From: the human T2T-CHM13v2.0 reference genome, Homo sapiens
Assembly: GCF_009914755.1 (NCBI RefSeq)
Contig: NC_060928.1
DNA length: 64,000 nt
Direction: 5' to 3' (one strand)
The stretch's first letter is position 1, and each line of letters opens with the position of its first letter. The notes beneath the pieces were generated by a model. That model was not told the origin of the DNA, did not search any database, and was given only the letters and a program-made list of their open reading frames with translations. This document shows positions 44,461 to 60,905 of the stretch, one piece after another. The translations under genes and the position numbers were made by a program.

Positions 44461-46882
44461 ACCAGCATTTTCTGACCCTTTTCATGCCTTGTCACCATAA
44501 AATAATGCTTGTGTACATGCTGGGGTAAACACACACTCTCTCCCTGCCCCAACCTGTTCTCCTAAAGTGGCAACTGAAACCCGCCAGCAGCTCATGCTAC
44601 ATTATGACTGCCTAACAATTATTATTGATTACTTATTTAAATCGAAGGTAGATTACAGTGTCTTCAAACATACCTGTTTTTTTTTTTTTTTTTTTTTTCC
44701 CCCAAGTAGGCTTAGAGGTTTAGACAGTGCATGTGAGCTATGCTGATAATGCCAAGCCATATTTTAGGTAATCTTAAATTTGAATGCATTCCACTCTGTA
44801 GAGTTGATTGTAGCACCTGCCCGTATTTGACTAGTTAGAAGTAGGTGACAGTGTTAGTAAGTGATGAAAAGTCTTTGGATATTCCACAAATTATGATTTC
44901 ATAAGGCCCAAAATTCAGAGACTAATTGTAAATTCACATAATCAGATTTCTAGCGTTTGGCCAATCTTGTGATGAAATGTAGTTGAATTGTTTTCTTCCA
45001 TGATCCTTAGACATGTTTCTGCTCTTACCAATTTGTGTGAGTTCGGTTTTGAAAATTAAAAATTATTGTATTTGTGTTATATATATAAATTTGTGATAAT
45101 AATAGTACTCCTCTTTTTCGGACCTGTTATTATTACCTTTTGGGGAAATGACTTGTTTGTTCTTGTTCTTCCTTGAGTTTGAAGAACACAGTGTAGTCAG
45201 AAATATCAAAGGCTTTCACACTTTGGTTTTATGACCAAGAAATGAGTAGAGTAGTCATTTTATTATGTTTATGTGCTGGTGCCTTCTAAGTCTATGGTTT
45301 CAATAATTTTGCCAGGTAAATATAATACTCTTTTGATCCACCCCGTACCTCGTTTTTCTCACCTATAATGTGGAACCGATAATAATAGTTCCTACCCGTC
45401 AGGGTTGGCATGAGGATGAGATACAGTAACCTGTACAGAGTGTTTAGAGCAGCATGTTCAGAATAAGTACATAAGCACGTTAGTGCCAGCATCATTGTCA
45501 TTCTCATCACTGTTTGATAATTTACATTTTGGTCTTCCAATATTTTAGTTGCTTTAAATGTTTGTCAGGAAGGAATTATGATAGTGATGCTCTAGCTCTG
45601 ATGGTGTTATTGTTTTAACATGAACGACCAAGATGACAAAAACGCTATTTTAGATTGTATTGAGTTGGGGGGAACATTGTGATTCTGATAAGATTGCATT
45701 TTTAAAATTTAGAGTTGCCCATTTGGAATCAAATTGTGTTGGTTTGCATTAGAAAGTTAGAGAAAATTAGCTCAACTTTACAGAATGGAAAAGCCTATCA
45801 GGTAATTTCTGCCTTCCTTGCCTTTATTATCTACTCTGTTAGGTATTGTGCTGTTTTGTGGGAATACTGAGGCGGATAATATGAATTCCTCACCAGAGGG
45901 ACCTTAACTTATATTTGTTTTTATTTAACAATTTAATCTTAAATGAGAAACATATATGTAAAAACACTGGATAAATCGTAGTAAAAGTTGCAGCATACTG
46001 CCAATAAGAAGTTGGGAATTTGTTCTCTGGAAAAATTCTTTGAACCTGGGGCTGTCTCATAGTACACCATGGAAACTGATCTGCTTTAGTTGTTTCTTAG
46101 TGGCCAGCTATCTTCACAAATAGTGAAGTGAAACGGAAATACTGTTTAATATATAATTACATTTAACGTGCTCAAAACCTTTGGATCAGAAATTCAACCA
46201 TTGCAAAAGTTTAAGTGTCCACACACACACACACGCCCACACTATAAATAAGTGTAACTGTGCACCTCATTGCCTGTTTTCCACATACATGTGAATGACT
46301 GCTTTGGTTTCCAAAAGAGTTTTCATAGCACTTTGTAAGGGGTTTCTCTCTCTCTATTCCAGGAGAGGAAATTGTTCTCCATAAAAGAGCTACATTGAGG
46401 CCTATTGGGTCTTTTAAAGCATTTTCATTTAAATCTGTAAATGTGCAATTTAGAACTGCAAGCCTCAGCTGAGCTCTTGTTGCTTTTAGCAGTCTTTGCA
46501 GTTGCTGACTTGGCTTTCTGTTTTCACAGCAGCTATTCCCACTGCTCTGTGAGGCTGCTCAACCATCGCTGTCCCCTTTCCTTTCTCCCACACCTCCTCT
46601 AGGCAACTCTGCCTCAAGTTTGCTTTCTGGTCTCAAACACCCTAATTTATCTGTATCTGCATTTACCTCTTGTCCCACTCCTGTCTCTAGGAGGAAGGGA
46701 TGTCATTTTGCCTGTATGATGGAGTTATTTCTGTTCTCATTTGTATCTTCAGCCTCTTCTTCCTGCCGCGTTTCTGAGACCGTAAGCCTGACCCTAAGCG
46801 TGCCACGATGCCTTCCATCCTGAAGTTTCTCCTTTGCCTCTCTTACTCATATCCAATTATTACACTATTTTTTCCTTCTTGA

Positions 46883-47567
<685 letters not shown>

Positions 47568-47633
47568 TAACCACCGTTTTGAAGTATTTTTCTGTCCTAA
47601 TTTTATTATGCTTATGTGTGTACATAAAGAAAA

Positions 47634-47875
<242 letters not shown>

Positions 47876-48843
47876 GTGAAACCAAAGGTTTTAATTTATT
47901 TGAAAAAATGGCATCTTTAAAGACTTAGCCTTTGCATGGAATTGTAGGACACGGGTGCTCAACCACCTCGCCTGTATGTAAGTATGAGAATTCAAGCACA
48001 TGCACACCCATGCCCACACAGATACTTACGAAGGACTGTTTTATGTACATACGGAGATCCTTTAAGGCTTCTTGACAATGATATTTTTATATTACTATTT
48101 TAAAGTGAAAATGTTTTATTTTTATGTTGAGCAGAAGAGTATTTAAATAAAAACGTTGTTAAAAATACAATTAATCCATAATCTTCATGAGGGTAGGGAC
48201 TATGTTTGTTTCAGGTTTGCCTTCTCATGCCTACCATGGAAATTTGCATTTAGTCTGTTCCCGATGGTTTTTTTTTTTCAATTCTCTATTCAAAAGAAGG
48301 AACTCCTTTGATCTGTAGTTAAAGACCTTCATTATGGTCTCACTTCCTAATAAAATGGCTGGTTACACATCATCAGGTGTTGGATTCTTCGTATCAATTT
48401 TCTGTGAAACTGCTTAGTGAATAAAAACCTGTTTAGGGTAAGGTATAGGAGAAAAATACAGCTTGCTTTTTATATCCTTTCTGATGTGAGGGGTAGTGGT
48501 GCTGTCAGGTGTTTTGCAGTATTGTTGCAGTTTCTTGCTGTTGGGACTCCTATAGTGAAGTTAGGCAGATTTAGCTTTGAATTTGACTCTGTCTCTGGGT
48601 GTGTATAAGTTACCTTTCATTTTTCTGAGACCCAGGTGACTCCAGGTGAGAAACAGGTTTCTTGTGAAGATAAAATTGCAGCATATGAATCTAAAAGAGA
48701 CATTTGTAAATTAATTTCATAACCCATTAGTAGTTTCCAAAAGAGTCAAAATTTCAGATTCTTTTAAATGTGATAAATTGTTCCTTGAGCCCTTGGATCT
48801 ATTTCTTTACCCTCAGTTTAGCTGACTCATCGATTTGATGTAA

Positions 48844-48871
48844 TCTCTCTCTCTCTCTCTATATATATATA
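48844..48871. repeat. (TC)n(TA)n microsatellite
   Basis: tctctctctctctctctatatatatata. Confidence 0.85.
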
Positions 48872-48982
48872 GTTTGTATTGGTGTTTTTCCTTTCATTTA
48901 TCATTTATTGAATAGCTTCATAACTCCCAGTGTTTCACTCCTTCCTTTCATGTTAAAAATGAATTTCATAAATTTAAGATTG

Positions 48983-49290
48983 TGCCAGGCACAGTGGCTC
49001 ATGCCTGTAATCCCAGCACCTTGGGAGGCTGAGGTGGGTGGATCGCTTGAGCCCAGGAGTTCGAGACCAGCCTGGACAAAATCGCACGACCCTATCTCTA
49101 AAAAAATACAAAAATTAGCCAGTGTGGTGGCGCACCTCTGTGGTCCCAGCACTGCTCAGGAGGCTGAGGTGGGAAGGTCACTTGAGCCTGGGAGGCGGAG
49201 GTTGCAGTGAGCCAAGAGTGCACCACCGCACTCTGGCCTGGGTGACAGTGAGACTTTGTCTCAAAAACAATAATAAAAATAATAAATAAT
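48983..49290 (+). mobile_element. Alu (AluJ-like)
   Basis: ggatcgcttgagcccaggagttcgagaccagcctgg. Confidence 0.92.
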
Positions 49291-51285
49291 GAAAAAAATG
49301 ATAACATTAATGAGCCTATAGAATATCTGGCTTTACTGGTTCTTTAGTAGTTTACATTGTTTGCTAGTTAAAAAAAAAGGATGTCTGCTGTGTCCCCTGT
49401 ATTTTCAGTATAAAGATGAAATGTCTTCAATATTTTCATCAGCTTTCAGAGTTCTTATTGATCTTACTGACTTTTCCTGTTTTGTTGGTTGCAATTCCTT
49501 GTAAATGAATTGCTATTGTTTGGAAAATAAGGATTTTTTTTGAAAATCTTAAAATGGTGTTTTCTTTCTTCAGAGTTTTTAATTATAAATGAAGTAATTT
49601 CCTTACAATTTAGAACTTTTAAGAAATAGAATAAAAATTACCCTCTACTTTAAAAATGTCATTTGTTTTCTTATTGTGGGAATTTATATATAATTGATAT
49701 ATTTACATATAACTCAGTATTATGAATAATATCATTTTATAATAAAATATCAGTATTCCAACAGTGGAAATTGTAAATACCAAAGCCCTTAACTCTTGTT
49801 AGTCCTCCTTCTAAAATTTGGCGTATACTTCATGTTTTAGTACATGCACTTTATATTTCTTTTGGCTTGATATCATTGTTGGGGTTGCTTACTGTGCTGT
49901 GTTGCATTAACTTATCTAGTGAGCTTGCTTTGTGCCATTTGACTATACAAAAATAAATAATGAAAACTTTGTCTATCAGCTTATAGCTCAGCGCTCCATC
50001 AGAGGAGTAAAAATATACAAATTTTTAAACTGTAATAAATCCAGTAACAGAAATGATGTAATGTATTTGTGAAAAAGATTAAAATTATTGTGTATCTGGA
50101 AAGCCATCTGTCTATTGGAAGGTGGCCATTGTTAGAACTTATTTTTTTGAAGCCGTGGAACACTTTGTTCATAGAAAATCCTGTTCAGCCCAACAATAGT
50201 AGCTATTATGGTTGAAAGAGGTTTGGACGCCTTGAAATCCCAAGGGCTCTTGACATTGAAAACCTCTGATCTCAACTGTCTGCGGGACGCCTATAAAAGG
50301 ATAGAGGATAATTTGTTGTAAATAAGTAATTTTCACTGTGGTTTTTTGGCATAATCGTATATTTGAGAGCACAAGTCTAAGCTGGCCAGAAGTCTGTAAT
50401 AACAGCAGTGTAGGTGAGCAAAAATGGGACCCTGAACTGTAGCAAAGGGTTTCGATAGAGACTTGGGAGGGGAACCCGCAGAATGTGATGATAGGCTGTG
50501 AAGAGGGAGAAGCTTCGGAAGTTGTCCCTTTATCTTTTGGTTGGAGGGTGTTGGTGAGACCGCAGATACAGGAAAATAAAGGTGTTTTTCTATTTTTTGG
50601 TCATGGGTGGCTGGCCCTCTGGAGTTCCTTGTGGTCCCCATGTAGTTATTGGAACCTTTGTTAGTCTTCATTTTATTTCACTTTCTTGTTTTATAGGCAT
50701 GTGATCAATAGCCCTCGATGATGATTCCTGTCTCCTTTTCTCCAGATGCCAACAGCTTTGTCTTTTGAATGTGATACTGTGCGGTATTACATCCTGGATA
50801 GTATAAAGTGACCTTTCTAAAATAGCACCAAAATTGGTATTTGATGCTATATGTGGTTCTCAGTTGTGCCGAACCTGTCTCAGATAGCTGTGTCGTGTGC
50901 TCGGCTCAGCCACTGTTTCTGGACATTTTGCCTATTCTTTCTCACAAAGCAATCGCCATCTTTTTGCTTCTCTGTTTTAATGACCTTGTTAATGCTGTCC
51001 ATGTGAAGCATTTAGAGGAGCTTCCTCACTCCCCTGGGCCGCTTCAGGCTTGGCCATATTGCACTTGCTCTGCTAGAGTGGGAGGAGTCTCTTCTTGTAC
51101 CCCATACACCCTCCTTGTTTCATATTTTGTCAGGATCATCTGGGAAAGCACTAACTTCTAGTTCCAGTTTGCTTAGATTTTGCATGGGCACCATTCTTTC
51201 TGTTTCTGTTTATTGCTTCTCCACTCCCGAAAACCCCCCAAAACTTAGATGGCCATGTTTGTGGCTGTTGGGAGTCTTGTTTTGA

Positions 51286-51698
<413 letters not shown>

Positions 51699-53949
51699 TC
51701 CATGAGCAACCTTTTTGGCTGACTGGGCCTCACTTAAGTTTTCACATTGTATTAACAGCTGAATGAAGTAGCATTTTCACAGTTATTTTCTTGCCCTCTA
51801 ATAATTGTCTTTGCTGATTTAATCAGTTTTCTTTGGACTTAGTAGTTTTTTGTTCTTTCAGTTCCCTTGTCAACTTCAACTTGATCGCTTGCATTTACTG
51901 GCCACCTCCTTAAATGAGAATGTGGAGCGGCACACACAGCTCTTTCCCATGGAGAGAGTGCCACCTTGTGGATCTCTAGGATATTGCCGAGGAGGCTCTT
52001 AGATCCTGGCTCCATTTTTCCATTTACTGGTAAACTGAAGTTCACATCTTTTACTTTCAAGCACTTTAATACCTTACCTGGGTTCCTGTCTATTCAGTTC
52101 ATTAATTTACTTATTAAGAAAATATTTGAGTGCCAATCAAGCATTATGTAGTGTATATATTGGGGGTACTTAAGAGTTAGAGGAGTTTAAAAACTATTGA
52201 GGAGAAACTCCCAATGTGAATAATTATGACGTTCTGGCACCTGCGTCACGTGAGCATGTACACAGGGCACTGGGAAGCTGGAAGAAAGCGACTCACTTTC
52301 CTTGGAATATACCAAAACACTTCTCAGAGGAGGTGATAGTTAACCTGGAACTAGAAGGATGAGTAATAAATTTACAAGAGAAAATATACTATTTAGAAGC
52401 TAGACTGCAGGTTTGTTCAAAACCTTTGTGGCATAGGTGGAAAAAAAAATGTGTGGCCTGGCCGAACAGGATGAAGTTTGCAGCATAAGGAATGTTGGGG
52501 TTGGGAGCAGAAAGCAAAGCTGTAGGTTGGTCCTTTCAGAGACGATCGTAAGAGAGGAAAGGAGATGAGGAAGATGAAGAGAACTAGTATTTTTTGTTAC
52601 CATCATGCAAGGTACTGCATATATATTGTTTCATTAAATAAAAGGAGCTCTGTGAAGAAGGCATCAATGTCTTCCATTTTGCAGTTGAGGAACTAGAATC
52701 TCAGAATTTGACTTTACCACGATCACGTGGCTAGCGTGGAAGAAGGAATCTGTGCTCCAGAACCTGCGCTCTTTGCACAGCATTTCCTGCTTCCTTCATG
52801 GGCTCTGCCAGGGGGTTTGGACCTTCTCCTGTGAAGGACCATGGGGTTCATCAGAAGGATGTCATCTGATCCGATTTACCTGAGCAAATGATCACTGAAA
52901 TGTTTCCCAGCTTCTACTAGGCATGATGCGCAGTTCCTGCCTTGAAAGGAAGTTCATTGTAGTTGGAAGAAGATGCTCAGGAATAAGAAATCATTACAGA
53001 AAAACATAAAACAATGAAATTAGATGGGCTAAGTATTTTAGAGTTTGGAAAACAGTGAGTGAGAAGATTTTCTTAAAGTAGTAGTTTTTGAGCCATCTCT
53101 TAAGGTACAGTGGGATGTAGAGGGTAGATGGAGAGAGGTAAACATCTTGAACAGCATGGCAGAGTTGGAATGAACAGAAGGAAAGCAGCCTGTCAGGAGC
53201 AGCAGGTTATGTTGAGGGGTAGTAGGAAGGAAGGTGGGAGAGGTGAGGGGGTCAGATCAAGTATTTCCCTCATGCCCATTATTCTTTGTTTAGACTTGGG
53301 ATAATGCTCAGCGGGGATCATACAGTTCTGATTGCCCCAGAGGCTTTCTATCTGTTTACATTGGAAGGTGAACTGATCATTTTATAATGGTCTGTATTTG
53401 GTTTTGTTTGGCCTCGTTAATTTCCTTCCTGTTGATGAAAAACAGAAACAGGAGCCTTTTAGAGTTTCTCGTTATAAACCAGGGCTTTTGTGACTTCCGT
53501 TTTGTCCATTGTGGGATGAGATGTATTGAAATGAAATCAGTTGTCCATTGTGGTTCCTAGCTCAAGATCCTGTGGTCAAATTCTGAGATTCTAAGAAGGA
53601 TTTGGTCTTCTGTAAGCGTGAATTCCCCTGATTAGAGAGACTCGCAAGTACTGCTTTCCTATACGAACCTCTTTAGTCTTCAGATTTCTGTTTTTTGCCC
53701 AGTACTGGTAGTGTCAGGTTATTTGGAAATCCTCAGTCAGGGTTCTTTCAGGATTAAGCTTTGGCATTTCAGCAACACTTGAAGGGGCTCCTTTGCTCAT
53801 AATTTTAAAAAAAAATTATTTGAGGAAAAATTAAAATAGCACTGATTAATACAATGTATGTACCTAGTTGCATGGATATTAATAGAGTTGTACTTTTTTT
53901 CCTGCCATTTGTTCCTCTTGGGACTTCATATTGAGACCATTTTTTCTGA

Positions 53950-54126
53950 AAGTTTTTCAGAGTTGGCCAGCCCCATGTGTAAGAAACATCCAGGATATTT
54001 GTTTAAAAGTCACTTTGATGGATCTCCTATCTAATGATCAGAAACTGGGGAATTGGGTGGGATAGATGCATTTTAAATTAACATCTTAGGTGATTCATTT
54101 GCACATCAGGGCCTGAGAACTACTAG
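53950..54126. mobile_element. MER5-like hAT relic
   Basis: atcagaaactgggg..tgcatttta..aggtgattc..tgcaca..tgagaactact. Confidence 0.6.
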
Positions 54127-54299
54127 ATAGAATAGAATCTCAGTGTTAGTCTTAGATATTTATTATTATTACTACCACTACACTTACTTCTTGTCTTACA
54201 ATGTGGTTACATCCCAATAAACCCACTATATGTTGAAAACATCCTAAGTCAAAATGCAGTTAACGTACCTAGCCTACTGAACATCATTGCTTAGCCTAA

Positions 54300-54672
54300 T
54301 GATATGGTTAGGCTCTGTGTCCCCACCCAAATCTCATGTCACATTGTTGTGCCATTGGGGGAGGGACCTAGTGGGAGGTGATTGGATCATGGGGGCAGAT
54401 TTCCCCTATGCTGTTCTCATGATAGTGGATGAGTGTTCATGAGATCTGGTGGTTTAAACATGTGTAGCACTTCCCTCTTTGCTTTCTTTTCTGCTCCACC
54501 ATGGTAAAACATGCTTGCTTCCCCTTCGCCTTCCCCCATGATTGTAAGTTTCCTGAGGTGTCCCCAGTCATGCTTCCTGTACAGCCTGCGGAACTGTGAG
54601 CCAGTTAAACCTCTTTTCAAGTTACCCAGTCCCAGGTAGTTCTTTATAGCAGTGTGAGAACCGACACATACA
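54300..54672 (+). mobile_element. MSTA-type MaLR solo LTR
   Basis: tgatatggttaggctctgtgtccccacccaaatctcat...cataca; degenerate 5-bp TSD cctaa/cttag. Confidence 0.9.
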
Positions 54673-54730
54673 CTTAGGCTACTGTAAACATGCTCAGAAC
54701 ACTTACATTAGCCTACAGTTGGGCAGGATC

Positions 54731-55026
54731 TTTTTTTTTTTTTGAGACAGAGTGTCGCCCTGTCACCCAGGCTGGAGTGCAGTGGTGCAATCTTGGCCTC
54801 ACTGCAAGCTCCGCCTCCCGGGTTCACGCCATTCTCCTGCCTCAGCCTCCCGAGTAGCTGGGACTACTGGCACCGCCACCATGCCCGGCTAATTTTTTTT
54901 GCATTTTTAGTAAAGACGGGGTTTCACCGTGTTAGCCAGGATGGTCTCGATCTCCTGACCTCGTGATCCACCCGCCTCGGCCTTCCGAAGTGCTGGGATT
55001 ACAGGCATGAGCCACCGCGCCCAGCC
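54731..55026 (-). mobile_element. AluY
   Basis: CpG-rich with Y diagnostics; TSD g(g/c)gcaggatctttt. Confidence 0.94.
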
Positions 55027-57194
55027 GCGCAGGATCTTTTAACACAAAGCCTATATTATAACAAACTGTTGAGTACCTCATGTAATTTATTGGATATTCT
55101 ATTGAAAATGAAAAGCAGAATCGTTGTGGTGCTGGAAGTTGAGTGTGTCGTAAAGACAAAAAAGCTTGTCAGACCATTGGAAGTTGGGCACCGTCTGTAC
55201 TATTATTATTATTGTCAGTCTTCTCTTAACCAGCTTCATTGCCTGGAAGTGAGGTCTCAATTTGCATATCCTTTAAGTACTGAACAATTTGCTGCTGCTA
55301 CTACTAAGTACTATTTTCATAATTTCAGTTTCATTTTTCTTAAAGAAACCATCACTTTCCCATTTTTACATACACATGTAAAAACCCTCCAGTGACAGCT
55401 AGCTGCACTGTGGAAAGGAAGTGTTTGCAGACCTTGAAGGGAAGCACGTTGTACCCCACACGGAAACTCTGCCTGCCTGAGGCATGATTGTAAGTGAAAA
55501 GAGTAAGCGTGGTTAGTTCAGTGCTTTCTAATAAAGTAAGGGGAATTTTCTAGACTAGTAAGACTAAATAAAACATATTTCGATGCTGACACCTCAGCAA
55601 GGAATTTTCATAACAGGAACTAAACATGAATTCTATGGGGGATGGATAGGAGGAGAGGAGAGGGGTTTTTCTAGCTTACAACTATTTCCAGAACATCTGT
55701 AAAATAAGAGTCACTGTTTTTTGTATTCTTACATTTCTTAACTATGTATTCTTACTTTTAATTAACTTACTTTTCCAAAATCTGAATCCTTAGAAGGGAT
55801 AGCTCAAAGAAATTTTGCTTATCATATGTGGCCTGGCATGTGGTAAATGCTCACTGAATTTAATAAATGTTGATTGAATGGTCATTCTCTGCAAATGCCT
55901 ACTAAAGCAAATATAACTCTTGCAAGTTAGCTTTGGATTCTTTGGGGAATGTAGAGAAACAGCCTATCTATCAGATAAACAAAATTGTAATAAGTGGTAG
56001 AGATTACCACTTACCTTCACATCCTCAAATCTTTCCCATGGATTTCCTGATATAAAGAGTCAACCCTAAATATAGGCTAATCGATGGGTGGTAAGGATGC
56101 TAGAGCATTCACTGCCACAGTATTTTACCGACTTTGAACACTGGTTGCCTTTCACTTCAAGTGTGTTTTATTATCAGTGCCAGGAGAGCTGAGTTTGTAA
56201 GCCTTGTGCTTAATTTGTCGATATTATTTTTGCCTTCAGAGTTGACAGACATGAAATAATTGAAAAGCCAGCTAATGTTTGTTATTTCTCTCTGTCACAG
56301 ATAATCTAGATCATGGTGCCATTTATTGTACTTTCTAACATGTTAACTCTATTAGTTGTCACTGAATAATTATTTGCATTTAATGATCACGAACTGTTCA
56401 TTTAATCCTTGCAGCAGCCTAGTAACTTGCCCCAGGCCACATAGTTAGGAAGTGGCAATCTACCTTAATTTCCTATTTTTCTAGATTTTATTTCCTTGGG
56501 CCAACGTTTTTTGTGATAAATGGAACACTGTAAAAACAGATTTTAAAAAGTTTACAGAGTATTTTTTTTCCCGCTTTCTGTTTTAGTGTTTCACCATTTG
56601 TTATTTAAAAATTATTAAACTAGTTTTGGGTCTGGAATAACAGTTTTACTTGGCATAATTCAGAATTTGAGAATAATGCTGTCATATTAATAAAGACAAA
56701 TAAGTTTTTTTCACAAACCAAACGAATGATTGCTGGTTGCAAGAGCTAATGATTAAAAACTGAGGAGACAAAAATATGAATTACTCTTTGAAGTACTTTG
56801 CATTTTCACTTTAGAAATCTTTTTATTTTTATGGTTCTGCATTCAAACTGAACTCTTTGACAGTGCTTTTCCGTTATGTTTTCTTGAGGCATTGCTGTTG
56901 AGCTAAGTAGTCATGAATTTGGTGAAGAATGGACTTGGGGGGAAAGATGTTCCACTGCTGATTCACTTTGGAAGTAGATAGCACAGTGAAAATGATTAGG
57001 TGATAGTGATTGACATTATTAAGTAATGTAATTATTCAGAGTTGTAAATAGAATTTAGTGTCTTCTAAAAAACTTTTTAATGTCACAATACAGAAACCAA
57101 ACAAAACAAGGACTTGGCAGAAATTGCTGAAGACTCCCTTGCAACGTGCATATGGTTCATGGGGATCTGAGAGGAGCATAGTATGCAGCGTCTA

Positions 57195-57515
57195 TGATGT
57201 ACTCTTGAAAGAAATGGGGTGTGCTCTGTGCTTCCTTTCTACTCCTCCCACTGGCTGGAGTGTGGATGTGGTGGATGAGATTTGGACCTGTCACCCTAGA
57301 ATATGAGATGGAAGCCATGGGTTGAGGATGGCTGAACCATAAAATAGAGTGTGGCTTCCCAATATCGTGGAAACATCTTACCAGTCTTGGACTTCCAGTG
57401 TTCAGACTATTTTGTGTGTGAGAAAGAAATGAACTTTGGTTCATTTGGTTATGTTATGCCATTGCTATGTTTAGATTTTTGTTTTAATAGTAGCTGAGTT
57501 TATGTCCTAACTAAT
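57195..57515. mobile_element. MLT1 (J/K-like) LTR fragment
   Basis: ctggctggagtgtggatgtg..tgaggatggc..tgtgagaaagaaatgaactt..cctaactaata. Confidence 0.65.
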
Positions 57516-57549
57516 AAATTTGATGCAATTGACTATGTGTGATAAAATA

Positions 57550-59030
<1,481 letters not shown>

Positions 59031-59296
59031 AAACTTAGAATGGTAGATGCTATAGGTCTAAGGAACATTTGAAACATTTAAATGTACTGATAAATATATT
59101 TGGTGTATTTCAGGGATACAAAGTAATTTGTAAAAATGATTTCAGTAGTTGAATAATGGTATTTTTATGAATGTGTTGTATGCTATTCTTTATTATTTTA
59201 AAAGTAATATGGGTGCTGCACTTTGTGCTATATGTTTTAATTTTTTGTTGTTGTTGTTATAGGTAACAATCTGATTCTGTTACCTTTTCTTTTCAG

Positions 59297-59380
59297 CCCT
59301 GATGATATTGGGACCTGCTGGTATATCCTTCTTTCTGGTTCCGTGTTCATCAAGGAATCCATGTTTCTTCCAAGAAGCAG
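59297..59380 (+). CDS. RAPGEF2: RAPGEF2 coding exon (probably exon 4), 84 nt, phase 2 to 2: (Y)PDDIGTCWYILLSGSVFIKESMFLPRS(S); cyclic-nucleotide-binding-like beta strands
   Basis: Acceptor ccttttcttttcag|C, donor CAG|gtattg, TA+C=Tyr. WYILLSGSV resembles the W/F-Y-I-I-x-x-G-x-V signature of CNB folds (Epac, PKA-R). Confidence 0.95.
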
Positions 59381-59649
59381 GTATTGTATAGACATTCTGT
59401 AATAGATTATCCATGAAGCTTGAAATTCTTTTGCAGAATTCAGTTCTAAAATTCTTTTCTCTTCCTGTGTTCTCTTCTGCTGATACAAAGCAAGACAGTA
59501 CTTTGGGGTGTTGATGCATGAATCTTTAAGAAATAACTTTGTTTTGTATATACTTTTCCAATCTCTTTAACAAAGGGCAAGAACAGAAAACATGCTGATG
59601 ACATGTGCATTTGTTACATGATCATGTCAGCTGTGTTGAGGGCACATTT

Positions 59650-60105
59650 GCTCCTAGGGAATAAAATCAGCTCAAGATAGCTTAGATAAAGGGGGACGAA
59701 CTTAAAGAGTATAGCAGGCAGTCTCATAAACATCTAAAGAGAGGCAAAGAAAGTTCATTAAGACCACATGGGACTAGAAATGGAAAGCCAGGGACTTTCA
59801 TTGACATTTTTTGCTTCTCAAGACCATATGGCCTTTCATTTTTGCATTTGTCTGTGGATTGGCTACCTGCTCTGTAAGGCTGTTAATTCCTTTCTCCCTG
59901 TGTCTTTGGCTTGTATGTGCTGACTACTCACTTATGGCCTTATGTCCCTAATGTTTACATTGTTTTGACTGCAGTGCTGGTATTGTCTTTAGATTCCTCA
60001 GGATACAATCTGACTGGCCTGGGTTGGGGCGGATGTATTCCTCTGTTCCAACCAGCTGTGGCCAGAAAGGGTTAGGGCTCATCTGTTACATACATGATTG
60101 CCTAG
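59650..60105. mobile_element. Possible old MLT1 LTR
   Basis: aatctgactggcctgggttgg..ccaaccagctgtggccag. Confidence 0.45.
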
Positions 60106-60690
60106 ATTCAGGTTCCCCAAGGGTGTCAGCTACTGAGTTTCAGTAGTTACGTTTCTGTGTGCTTTTCGCAAGTAAATAATTTTTACTAAAGGTTTTAAAA
60201 TTTTAAGTATTTTTATTTTAAATTACTAAATAAATATTTTATTTGAATCGACTAAAGTACAGGGATTGCCCCTTTCTGTCACTTAGCTCTTCTATAAAAA
60301 TATTGTAATGTCTTGTTGATAAATATTCTGACTGGGTCAGGGTCATATTAAGAATCTATTTGAAAGATGTGAACAGATTTTTATAAAAGGTCAGAGTCTG
60401 AAACAAGGAGAGGTAATTTTGCACTGTAGAGAAAGATCAGCCTGGGTGTGGTAGCTGACGTGAGTAGAATGGGCTTTTGGTGGCCAGAATGCTAGTGAAG
60501 GAGTGCCAGAGGCACGTTGCATTTAATTAAAAATAATCTTGGGTGCGATTCTCATGCCTCTTTGCCCTTCTACTTCTTTGAGGTCAAATTGGCAAACATA
60601 GTCTCTTTGGAAAATGGTCACATGAGGGAGGGACGCTCTATTGCCTGCTTGTTTCTGTAGTAGCAATAGTCTTAGAAATGATGCTAGCAT

Positions 60691-60905
60691 TGGTGGTGGT
60701 GGTAGTAGTAGTAGTAAAGATAGTAATAATTGTAGTAGTAAAAATAATAGTAATAAAAGAATGACGACAAAATAGCTAAGCTTTTACAGTACTTTCCATT
60801 TACCAGGCACCATTTTAAATGTTTTGTATATGTTAAATGATTTCATAACTCTCCTTTGAAGTGGGTACAGTTATTACCTGTATTTTATGAATGAGGAAAC
60901 GATGG
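60691..60905. repeat. (GGT/GTA/ATA) low-complexity run followed by a MIR fragment
   Basis: ggtggtggtggtagtagtagtag..; accaggcacc..attttatgaatgaggaaac. Confidence 0.65.

Larger units (their letters stand above)
54181..55197 (+). mobile_element. MER47A-like TcMar-Tigger element hosting two insertions
   Basis: TA|cac..cttacaatgtggttacatcccaataaaccc ... aagttgggcaccgtctg|TA; the three segments join into one consensus. Confidence 0.78.

Noticed and set aside
59255-59270. Recursive splice site (AG|GTAAC)
   Set aside because: Only 34 nt remain to the next acceptor, too short for a second splicing step; kept only as a cryptic acceptor candidate.
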